DNA of 64,000 nucleotides from Plasmodiophora brassicae (Eukaryota): NCBI GenBank assembly GCA_036867785.1, contig CP145416.1, positions 434,001 to 498,000 of the forward strand, read 5' to 3'. Shown piece by piece: positions 1 to 9,789 of this stretch (position 1 is its first letter; each line of letters starts with the position of its first letter). The notes under the pieces were generated by a model. It saw only the letters and a program-made list of their open reading frames with translations, ran no database searches and was not told where the DNA came from. The position numbers and the translations under genes were made by a program.

Positions 1-70
1 ACCTATCTCCCAATGTGGATGACCGGCGGCCGGTGCGACGGGCCATGCGGACTTGGTCGCACTGATCGGG

Positions 71-997
71 ATGGCGTCGATCCGCGAGCTGTGGGACGCG
101 GCAACGCGGAACGGGACCGTCGCCGATTGGCGCGCAGTCGTCGACGGCATCCGCGATCTGTTCTCGAGCAACGAGCTGATCGACGACGTTGCCACCGGCG
201 ACCTGCGGTTCGTGACGGCGAATTACGGCCTGGCGACCGCGATCCTGCAGGAATCATCGTCCGGTACGAACCGAATCCAGGCGATTGCCGATGCGAGCGC
301 TGCGTTTCGCCGATTCCTGCACCTGTGCGACACGTTGCAGGCCGTGCCACGAGGCGTGATCCCGGACGACGACGACGACGCCGCGCCGTCGCCCGAGGTG
401 CTCCGGACCCGCAAGATCGATAACTTCAGACGGACACGGGACATTCGCCAACGACTAGCCACGCTGGACCAGATCAAGTTGAGGCGCGGCGAGACGGACG
501 ATCTGGACGAGGTCGAACGCGAAATCTACCAATTGCAGATCCAGCTCGCTGCGCTCGACGCCGTCAATCAGATGTCACTGAGCGAACGCGAACTGGATTT
601 GCTCCGGAGTAGGCCCGCTGACGACGTGGCCGGCGAGCGCGACCAGCAGTCGACGACGCCGGCGCCCCCTCCCCATGTCGTCCGAATCGACAAGGACATG
701 TCCGTTCATCAGGTACGGCTTGGTGGCGCCCGCGTTGACCTAGATCGTCGCGCTCGCGAACGCGCCGCCGTGTTCGCCGACCGCAACAAGCCGACGATGA
801 CGCTGGACCAGTTCGCCGACCTGGAGATCGCCGCCGCCAAGCAGCGGCAACAGGCCGCCCAGGATCGGGAAGCGCAAGCCGCCAAAGTCGACGTCGACAG
901 CGAGCAGCACATCGATGCTGAAACGCTCCAGGCCCGCGCCTGGGACGACTGGAAGGACGAGCATGAGAAGGGCATCGGCAATAAAGGCTACACGTGA
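71..997 (+). CDS. TAP42: TAP42/alpha4 (IGBP1) PP2A-family phosphatase regulatory protein
   Basis: Open frame from ATG at 71. C-terminal 'PTMTLDQFADLE' and 'ARAWDDWKDEHEKGIGNK' match the conserved Tap42/alpha4 C-terminus. Confidence 0.85.
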   Translation: MASIRELWDAATRNGTVADWRAVVDGIRDLFSSNELIDDVATGDLRFVTANYGLATAILQESSSGTNRIQAIADASAAFRRFLHLCDTLQAVPRGVIPDDDDDAAPSPEVLRTRKIDNFRRTRDIRQRLATLDQIKLRRGETDDLDEVEREIYQLQIQLAALDAVNQMSLSERELDLLRSRPADDVAGERDQQSTTPAPPPHVVRIDKDMSVHQVRLGGARVDLDRRARERAAVFADRNKPTMTLDQFADLEIAAAKQRQQAAQDREAQAAKVDVDSEQHIDAETLQARAWDDWKDEHEKGIGNKGYT

Positions 998-3252
998 TCT
1001 CCCTGTATTGGGCGGCATCTGTAGACGGACGACGTCGTGAAGACGGATTCGGGGTCGTCAATCGTCTCGCTGTCGGCAGCCGGGGTCATCCTCCACGACA
1101 ACGCGTTGAACGTCAGGGCCCGATGACCCAGCAACGTCAGCGCCTGCGACGTTCGGTCGACGACGGATTCCGGCAGGATGCTGGCGCTGTCGAGCACGCA
1201 CTGGAACGCAGGCGCAACGACCCGCTTCGGGAACGCCACCGCCAGCTTCGTCAAGGCGACGATTCCGACATGAATAATCTGGTGCCGGTCCTCATCGCTG
1301 GGGATCGCAGGGGCCTGGGAACCTGTTGACGACCACGGTGGCAGGATGCCACATTCCTGCATGTGGTCGCGGTTCGCCTGCCGGGCGACCTCGACTTGGT
1401 CCAGGACGAGCTGTTCGACACAGTCGATGTACGACGCGATCGTGTCGACGTTGTCCGGCAGGCGCAGGCAGTGCTCCCCGATGGCGTAGACGACGTGCTT
1501 GACGAGCGGGCGCAATCGCGCGTCGCGATGCTCGGAGACGACCCGTTCAATCAGTGGACGCATCGTTACGATCAGTGCAGGCGCCCGCGCGAACAGGCCC
1601 AGCAACGCGTTGCACAACTCGACGCGCACTTCGTCGCCGACGTTCCAGCTCAGGAACAGCTCCATGATGGTCTCGGCCACCTCCTGGTACCGCTGATGGT
1701 CGACGCTGCCCAGGACCGCGTCGAGGAACGTACCCACGAGAACCTTCATGTGCGCGCAGCACCCTGATCGAAACGATCAGCACGACAGCGGTACAGGCGA
1801 CCAGGCCTACAGACGTTGGACGCGGGGCGTGCTGCGCCTCCAGAGGCGGGAACGGTCGGCGATGGTGGTCGGCGACGGTGGTGGTTCGTCGTTCCCATCG
1901 CTGCGATTCAGGAGGAGATGCGTGTACACGCGAACCACATCGACGTCGTCCTGGATGGCGGATTTGAACGCCGTCCTGAGATCGAGGTCGGCCTCCATCG
2001 CCTGCGTGAACTCGATCGTGCTGGTCAGCAGCGGCAGGGACAGGATCCCGGCGAGCAGGCCCGGCGTCGTTGGCGCCAGGCGCACGACCATTCGCGACAG
2101 CTCCCGGGTGTACAACCCGGGGAAGCAGGCGCCGATCTTTAGCACCGCCCGGTACCAGGTCGACAGCCAGGTTCGCATCCGGGCGCCATGCCGATCCACC
2201 AACCGGATCAACCGGAAGGCCACCAGCGGGTCCGTGTACGTCGTCGTCGCGACCTGCACCAGACGCTCCTGCTCCAGGGCATCGTTGCAGCCAGGGACGT
2301 CCAGCGCGCGTTCGACCGCGTAGACGAAGACGTGACCGGGGACAGCGTCTGCACGGGTCGCGTTCAGGACGTCGTTCGCGAATTCGGGCGCCAGACGCAG
2401 GATCTGAATCAAGGCGGCCGCGTGGTTCATCATCTGGACCGACTGGTCGGACATCGGGTCGCCTGCCCCGTTGCACCGCAACAGGGCCTCGAGGACGCTG
2501 GCGCCTCTGGCGATGATACAGTCGGTGACGGTGGCAGGCATTGCCGACCCCGGTAGGCGCGTCAGCGCGTCCAGAGCAGCGCCCGACATCTGATGACAGT
2601 ACAAGGGTTTCCCCGAGCGGAACGTCTTGGGCGCCCCGAACGCGGAATCGATGTCGGCGATTCGCTGGCGGTCCGGGGAGCGACCACTGGATAGGATGTG
2701 GCGTTCGATGGCGGGTGCCAGGATGGCGGTCGGCGCGACATCGATGCAGGCTGCCAGGGCGGGCACGCTCAGCATGTCGGACCGGTCGACGGCTTCATCG
2801 GTCAGCGTCCGTCGCAGGCTGTCGACCAGGACGGGGATGTTGTCGCGAAGGTGCCCCGGTGCGCCCAGGCTGAACAGCAGGTACAGCGCGTGCCAGTACG
2901 ACGTCCTTCGGTACGACGCGAACAGGCCGCTGAAGTTATGCTGAAACTGTAGCGGGAGCTGCTGCCCGACGCTGACAATGATATGCACGACCAGCAGCTG
3001 GAGGGCGCCGTCAGCGCGTTCCTGCACGAACAGCTAGATCGCGGGTTGATCAGCGGGCACGTCGCCACTTGCCCCCCGCAGCGAACTGACCGAATACAGG
3101 TCGCCGACGAGGTCGTGTACGACGCTCGGGTCATGTCGAGAGGTACGCCACAGCGCGATCAGTGAGCGACGGATCTCGTTACGGGAGAACTTCCAATGGC
3201 GTCGCAGGACCCGGACGGCGCCGCCCACGTCCTCGTCCTCGTCGCCACCCAT
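988..3252 (-). CDS. AP5Z1: AP-5 complex subunit zeta-like (AP5Z1/SPG48), spliced
   Basis: ORF pieces 3034-3327, 1807-3027 and 988-1749 are separated by probable short introns. Segments 'ILSLPLLT', 'TPRVQ', 'VKHVVYAIGEH' and 'VALTKLAVAFP' recall AP5Z1 C-terminal motifs (VVWAIGEY, TTLTKLASR). Confidence 0.6.
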
Positions 3253-3484
3253 TGCCGCGAACGACGTCAGCGGCAGCGGGGGCGCGCAGCCCGGTTTCTG
3301 GACCATGGACGAATGCGCCCTGGGCACAGAGCAGTAGCCCGACCTGCTCCAAGTGCATCTCTTTAGGTATGTTGTCTGTGCAATAGGGCCGGATTCACGT
3401 CTCTACGGTACGCTGGACGGACGCTCGTTTACTTATTCGGTTGTGGCCGGCCAATCCATTCGTGATGGGGGAGGGGAGGGGGTC

Positions 3485-3700
3485 TCACGTGGACGGATAC
3501 TTGAAGAACGGGTCGAAATGGTCCGAGATGGGATCGTCCCGGACGTCCGGGTCCAGGTCAGCACGGGGCTGACGGGAGATACGCCAGGCGCCGTACCCGA
3601 GCGACGCCAGGAACGCGGACGCCGCCGCCGCCCACGCCATCGAGACCGCCCGGTTCTCGTGCGTCCCGCTGTACTTCAGCACGTGCCTCAACGCCACCAT
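3485..3700 (-). CDS. Small single-pass membrane protein, hypothetical
   Basis: Short ORF with one hydrophobic stretch (AVSMAWAAAASAFLASLGYGAW) followed by a basic then acidic tail. Codons are GC3-rich. 5' end uncertain. Confidence 0.4.
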   Translation of the reverse strand: MVALRHVLKYSGTHENRAVSMAWAAAASAFLASLGYGAWRISRQPRADLDPDVRDDPISDHFDPFFKYPST

Positions 3701-3929
3701 CGCTGCCCGACGCAACTTCACTCTGGCCGACTCTGTCGCTGACTGAGGACGGCATCCGGCTCGGGCCCCGCTGTCGGCTCGGACTCAACAGATTCCGCCC
3801 GCACTTGCGCGTCGGGGCCCTCGGAACATTCCAGCGACCGCGCTATGTAGTTCCATACGGCGCTGTAACATGCCACGAGCGACATGACGTGTTACAGATC
3901 GGTCACTGTTCATAATTGCAGCGGGGCAG

Positions 3930-4196
3930 TCATGGGGTCGTTGCGTTGCCGGCGTCGCTGGCGTGGCCGAGGCGGGCCTGGACGGCGGCTTCCATGGCCT
4001 TGACTTCGGCGGACTGCAGGCGCCGGTCGTTGGCGGTCGACAGGCGATGGACGACGAAGGCGAAGATGGCGGCGGCGGCGCCGACCAGGCCGACGCCGAC
4101 AATACGGTTGTTGCGACGGACAGATGGCGATACGAGGAGCGTGGCGGCTTTCTGGACGGGCGGGCGGACTCCTGGCCGAGCGGCGCTCGATGGCAT
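3930..4196 (-). CDS. COA3/CCDC56-like cytochrome c oxidase assembly factor (small single-TM protein)
   Basis: 88 aa. 'RRNNRIVGVGLVGAAAAIFAFVVHRLS' resembles the Coa3 pattern R-x-N-x-x-G-L-G-L...I-Y-x-Y, followed by a short helical tail. Confidence 0.5.
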   Translation of the reverse strand: MPSSAARPGVRPPVQKAATLLVSPSVRRNNRIVGVGLVGAAAAIFAFVVHRLSTANDRRLQSAEVKAMEAAVQARLGHASDAGNATTP

Positions 4197-4504
4197 CGCG
4201 GTCGCCGGTCTACGGCGCTGACGGCCTCGTGAAGATTGCGGTCCTGGCGAAGCCGAACGCGCGCGCGTCGACGATCAGCGAGGTTGGGCCGGATGCCGTC
4301 GGGGTGCGTCTGGCGGCGCGCGCGCAAGACGGCGAGGCCAACAAGGAATTGTGCGACCTGATCGCGCGCACCCTGCGCATACCGAAGCGCGACGTGGCGT
4401 TGGATCGAGGGGCGACGTCACGCGCCAAGGTCGTCATCTGCAAGGGGGTCACCATTGCCGACGTCGTTAGCGCATTGACAAAGGCGGCGGATTCGTCAGA
4501 ATAA
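4190..4504 (+). CDS. UPF0235/DUF167 (YggU-like) protein
   Basis: 'VLAKPNARASTI...VGVRLAARAQDGEANKEL...DVALDRGATSRAKVV' is the YggU/DUF167 signature (KP.A, GxANxEL, G.TSR.K). Confidence 0.85.
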   Translation: MASRSPVYGADGLVKIAVLAKPNARASTISEVGPDAVGVRLAARAQDGEANKELCDLIARTLRIPKRDVALDRGATSRAKVVICKGVTIADVVSALTKAADSSE

Positions 4505-4517
4505 TGCCAGCACCCGT

Positions 4518-4736
4518 CTATTTTCGTTTGCTTTGAAGCTGCGCCTTGGTCTGCTCTTTGAGCAGGGCGTCCTGGTCCTTGTGCAGCGTGCGCAGGTCGC
4601 TCTTCATGGCCAGGGCCGCCTCGGTGATGGCGGTCCGGGCGGCGTTCAGGTCCGACATTTTCTGGCGCAGGCCCTTGATAATCGCCTGCAGGTCGTCATC
4701 CAGCCTATCGGGCACAGCATGGGTCGGCGCCGGCAT
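4518..4736 (-). CDS. Small coiled-coil protein, possibly the last exon of a longer gene
   Basis: 72-aa ORF with heptad pattern (LQAIIKGLRQKMSDLNAARTAI...) and strongly GC3-biased codons. A possible splice acceptor (CGCGTAG) lies just upstream of the ATG. Confidence 0.45.
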   Translation of the reverse strand: MPAPTHAVPDRLDDDLQAIIKGLRQKMSDLNAARTAITEAALAMKSDLRTLHKDQDALLKEQTKAQLQSKRK

Positions 4737-5001
4737 CGCCGTCGGACTCGCTTCCTCCTACGCGGTCTCCGACAGCCGTACCCGGACGGATCGATCCACA
4801 ACAGCCTGGAACCGTGCTCGCAGCATCTACCCCGGAGCCGACTAGTGGCCTCCCGTTGGTGAACGAACGATGAGTCGATGACCCATCGAATCCGCAAATG
4901 GGGGGGCCGTGTCGATCCAGTCTGTCTGTGGGATTCGGGTGCTGCTGCATCCAAATTCGGGCGACGAAGTGCCACGGCGACGGCGTTGTTGGGGGGGCCT
5001 G

Positions 5002-5211
5002 ATGTCGTTTGGTGTATCGCGCGGGTGGACGTGGATACGGTCGTGGGCCCAGCGTGTCAGCAAATCGGATAATGCTGTCGTCGCGCTGGGCACGGCGGGC
5101 GTCATGCTGTTTGCGGTGGGCTCGTATGCAGTCATCAACCCGCCCCGGCGCAAGCGCGATATCGAATTGGACGGTATGGTCGATTGGCGCGTGAATCTAC
5201 GCCCGCAATAG
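5002..5211 (+). CDS. Small single-pass membrane protein, hypothetical
   Basis: MSFGVSRGWTWIRSWAQRVSK, then a hydrophobic segment (AVVALGTAGVMLFAVGSYAVI), then basic RRKR. Confidence 0.4.
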   Translation: MSFGVSRGWTWIRSWAQRVSKSDNAVVALGTAGVMLFAVGSYAVINPPRRKRDIELDGMVDWRVNLRPQ

Positions 5212-5453
5212 CGTTGGTATCGTGCTGAACGTCGTGCAGTTAGCGCTGCTGATGCGGACAGGTTCCGGTCACGAGCCCGCTCGTCGCGCCTGTCGTCGAT
5301 TCCGGAACCTCAGGCAACGTCGTCCAATCCGTGAAGGTATCCCCCGGTCAACGAATCCGTTACGAACAGAACCGTTCCGCCTGGACGCGACCAGTTGGTA
5401 GAACTCAAACGCTATATACATCATTGTTGTCGTTTATAATGACGATTGGTTTC

Positions 5454-8400
5454 CTACAACGCCTGGAAAACCTTGGTGGTGACCGATACTCGCGGTTCGC
5501 GTCGCGCGTAACTGTCTGAATCGTCAACAACGACAACAACGTCGGACAATGACTGTCGAGAGCGGGTGAACTGGACGAGTACGGGCGAGATCACTGGTGG
5601 ACCGTGACCGGGAGCAAGTCTGAGTTTCGCGGTGAACCGAGGCTCGACGGGCACACTCTTCCAGCAGACGCGCTGCTGCTCGATATCGAACATGCACGAT
5701 GCAGGAGACGCCGCCAGGAGGGATTGTACACACCCGGGAGGAGATATCGTCATCAGCAGCGATACGGTGTCGACAGCCGTACCAGTTACGTCGACGACCA
5801 GATCGATCTCGCTTTCGGACACGGTATGTCCCGTCGTAACACGAATAGGAAAGCGCTCCGCGTCGACGTCGGTGGTATATCTCAAGACGGGTACAGAGGT
5901 CGTGTTCGGGGCGATTTGCGTCTTGTACACAAACTCGCTCAACTCTTCCACTGCTTTGGCATTTGCCATGACCTCCTCTGCTCGTACAAACGTTAGAGCA
6001 ACAATCAGGACACACGTCTTCCGGGCCCATCTTACTCAAAGCGTCCGTGTTCTTTAGTCGCAGCCCAGCTGTGATGGTATCCGGGGAGACGGGCTCGACA
6101 GCAAGGGTGACCATTCCGACAACTTCGACACCTGAGGCGATACCGCCAACCATGCAACACGACACGGTTTCGGCGACGCTGGCGGTAATGGTTCTCTCCT
6201 GAGCAGCCTGTTCACTGACTTAGCATCTCATGCAAGCAAAACTCGTAGAGCAGCGAGTTTCATACCGGCAGCCTCGGGGACGAAGCTGACGTGACAGGGG
6301 CGTCAACGACGATTTGAGGAATAGACCCACGTGATGATGATGACGTCCTTCGAGGGCTGGGCTCAGGTGTCGTCGTCGGGTTGTCCGGGCCTTTCTCATC
6401 TGCGGTTGGATTTCTGCTAGGTGCCTTGGTTCCTTTCTTCTTCTTCTTTGGAGCAGGTTTCGGTTTCGATGAGGATGCGACGGGGGGCTTGTCAAACTTA
6501 ATCGCTGCTCTGGACAGCTCTTCGGACGTTGCCTCCACCTGATTCACTTGGTTAGTATTCCAGGCCTTGTAACATATTGATGACATTTCTGACAGCTTCG
6601 CTTTTCGGCTTGATAACAATTGGAACAATGTTCGGCTGTGATGGCTCGTCGTCGTCTTCTCTGAACTCGTCGATGCGATCGTTTTGTTCTTTCCGGATAA
6701 TATACCTGTAACCGATTATGAGCGGGAGCCTTTGAGACAAAACTTCAGCGACCATACCCATCCTCGTCGTACTGGATCTCAGCCGTGGACTTGCGAGTTT
6801 GGGTGCCGTTGCCACGCCCCGACGAAAGACTATTGTTCCGCGTGTGGTCATTTGACGGAATGGCAGCCGAAGGGTGCCGGGATATCCTTGATGCCGGCGC
6901 TTCCAGAGCCTCCTCAAGAAACGACTTCTTTGGTTTCGATGCATAGGACAGCGAACCGTGCCTGCTCCTTTCTTTAGTGCTGTCCTTCGGCCTACGACAA
7001 TGAACCAAATGAGATGAAGAAGAAGCAACTGGGCACATGGGGTGGCGTACTTCGGAGCTGCAGAGCTCAGGAGATATTGGATAAAGCTCGTGTTAGCGTC
7101 CTTCTCCTTATACTGTTGCTTGTTTGCAACGACATGGTTGACAGCGCGTACAGTCATGACAATCAGGTTACGCGCCTGAGGAGACAGTGCCACGAACTCC
7201 ATCTGCGGTCCGTTCTCCTTCAGCACCAATGCGAACCTGACTACGCGTTAGCAAGCATCATGGCTTCCCGACCTCGCATGCCTACCGGAGATCATCCGAT
7301 GTCGACAGGGTAATGTTAACATTGTCGCTGTAGGGCTCCTTGACGTTCGTGGTCTTGCCTTCCCGAACTTTGACTTTCTCTTTTGTCAAGACAAGCATTT
7401 TCGACTGAAAAGCAGGGTTCTTAGAGTGGATAACCGTACATCCCATTGCAGTGCATTACGCCCTTTGACGACGAGTCAGAAGCATTTTTGATGCAGAACT
7501 CGATGTCCTTCTTCGAAGTCAGTGCTTCATGGACCGACTTTGCAAGCGCGCTAGGCAAAACGATCGGTCCAACTTCGCCAGACACCGTTAAACCCGTCGT
7601 GTTCGTCAAGGTACACTTGATCACGCAGCCGAGGTCGTCAGCCGATGCCGTGTGCGTCTCCTTCGATTGCCCATTCAGCCCTGTCGAGAGATAACATCCG
7701 TCAGAAACGACCGGACGCTGTATCGCGGGGCAGGAGCTCAATATTACGTTCGAAAGCGGAAACGTTCGATGGCGATGATCTGAACCATTCGTATTGAACG
7801 ACTTCGCCGCAGTCATGATAACGGACGCGTATCTCGTCGCCAACCTGGCGCCCCATTAGTACACGGGCGGTATGAAACGATTGGCAGCTACTGGGACCGA
7901 CCTCGGGCTCGGCGTCATGTGGGGACTCGAAGTAGCACTTCATCCGGTTCTGCTCTTCCTCCCGCTCCCTCACGGTTCTCACGATATCTTCAAAGGTATG
8001 CAGCTTCTGCTCGATGTCGTTGATCGCAGCCTCTTTGGACGCAAGCGTTTGATCCCGCTCAGCCTGTGTCATTGTGAGCGTCAACCACACGCTTGCTTGG
8101 AATGGTTTACCTTGAGCTGCGACACTAGAGCAGTGAGCTGGGCGCAGTCGGACGCCTTGGCCGATATTTCGTGACGTGCTTGCGCAACGATAGCTTGCAG
8201 TTTGACAATCTCTTCATCCCGTGCACCGACTTGTGCACGCAGCTGCTGGATCGTGTCGGCTTGCGCCTGGGTGACCTTGACGGAATCGTTGAATCGCGTC
8301 ATCAAGCGGTTAAAGACTTCCTTCTGCTGGGCGGACACGGCTAGAAACTTCTGCTTTTGTCGGTGAAGTTCCTGTAAACGACCGTCAGCCCCGCCGGAAT

Positions 8401-9537
8401 GTCAGTGCCCACTCTGGTGGGCCGGCATACGAGCTCTTTGATGGAGTTGAACCGGTCAACGAGCGACTTGAATTTTGCCTTTTCCGCATCCACCTCGGCC
8501 TGCCGCAATGTCAGGAACAGCAGCAACCGTGGACTGTTGGACGTAACAGCTAACCTGAAGCTTTAGGATCCGACTTGGATACTCGTGGTTCTCGAGTTTT
8601 AGGGCCTGAGACAGCTGTCAACTACAAGGTTTTGCACAAACCTGCTGACGCCAAACCTTCAGCTCAGCCTCTTTCTCTTCCAGTAGAGCGGCCATTTTGG
8701 CCTGGGTCTGTTCGCCAGACGCCAGCAACTGTCGATGGCGTAATCAGTAACGAGTTGACCTGTGGCCAATGGCGACGAACGAAATACCAACCTCTTTCAG
8801 CTCTCGTTGAGTCCTCAGCGCGTTCTCCAGTGCGGATTCGTTGGACGAACGCTCAGTCTCAACCTCCATCGTGCGAACTCGCTGAACCTCCTTGGCCTGC
8901 TTCAGCTGCAGCCTGTACAGGTTCGTAGACGTTTCCAGCGCTTCGATTTCCTGCTGCGCTTGCTGAAGGGCGAATCGTAGCCGTTCGACTTCCTCCTGGG
9001 TTGCCAGGGCGATTTGTGCCACGGTGCCTGCACCCGCTGCGGTGGCCACTGCCACCGGCTGAGCGATCGAATCCTCTGGAGTGGGCGCTGTCTCGCCATC
9101 ACCAGCACTCTTGTCGCTGACCGACCCGGATTCGATGGCGGAGTCCTCCTGTTCGTGCGTCCACTGCTCGACAGCATCCAGAGCAGAATCTCCATTCGTC
9201 ACAGCGTCGTCGTTGTCGGCCTGGAACCGGTCCTAGCAGAACGAGGCGTGAGCAGACACCCCCCGCGAGCGGCCGTGCGTCCGCCTACGCTGACAAGCGA
9301 TGACATGGCGTTGAGCGCTCCCCACTGATCCAAGGCCTCCTCTTCTTCGGTCGCCTCGGTCCACTTATCGACAATAGCGATCGCACTGAGTTCGGAGGTA
9401 TTCAGATCTGGAATCGCGGGTTTCGTTTCACTGTCAGCAGGTAGATTCGCGTCCTTCTCCGACGACCCCGGCACGCCTTCGGCCGGAGGCCCGGTGGGCC
9501 CTGGCACCAGGCCATGACTAGGGTTCGGTTCCGGCAT
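5454..9537 (-). CDS. Multi-exon protein: coiled coil + SCAB-like Ig and PH domains + FCHo/SGIP1-type APA motif + muniscin mu-homology domain
   Basis: Ig-like segment: 'YEWFRS...ETHTASADDLGCVIKC...GEVGPI'. PH-like segment: 'LVLTKEKVKVREGKTTNVKEPYS...SPQARNLIVMTVRA'. APA-like motif after splicing: 'YDEDGYIIRKE...IVIKPKSEAVEATSEEL'. muHD-like segment: 'ITASVAETVSC...VVGMVTL...VLRY...PVLVQF...SLSDV'. The GT-AG joins checked in the 3' half preserve frame (e.g. introns 6706-6757 and 6539-6593). Confidence 0.7.
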
Positions 9538-9789
9538 GTCCTGACCGGGGCAGGAACGTGCGTCCAGGGCGCGACCAGTTCGCCGGGCGACCTAAGAATC
9601 GGCGACGCGCCCACAACCGGTGGCCAGTGGTGGGGGCTTCGCACCCCGAATCTTTTGCAGTGCAAACAAAAACGATTTTTACTTCTTCCAGCGAACGGCC
9701 CCCTGCTGACCATCTGGTGACAGTTGTGCGAGCGGTTCACTTCTTTTTCGAGCAGACAGAGTAGCGCTGGTGTTTGCGAAAAAAAACAT

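Noticed and set aside
713-743. Possible 31-nt GT-AG micro-intron in TAP42 (GTACGG...CCTAG)
   Set aside because: Removing it shifts the frame away from the conserved Tap42 C-terminus, and the unspliced frame is open.
4546-4845. Plus-strand ORF resembling a mitochondrial presequence plus TM segment
   Set aside because: Overlaps antisense to the coiled-coil ORF 4518-4736, which has more convincing codon bias; no family recognised.
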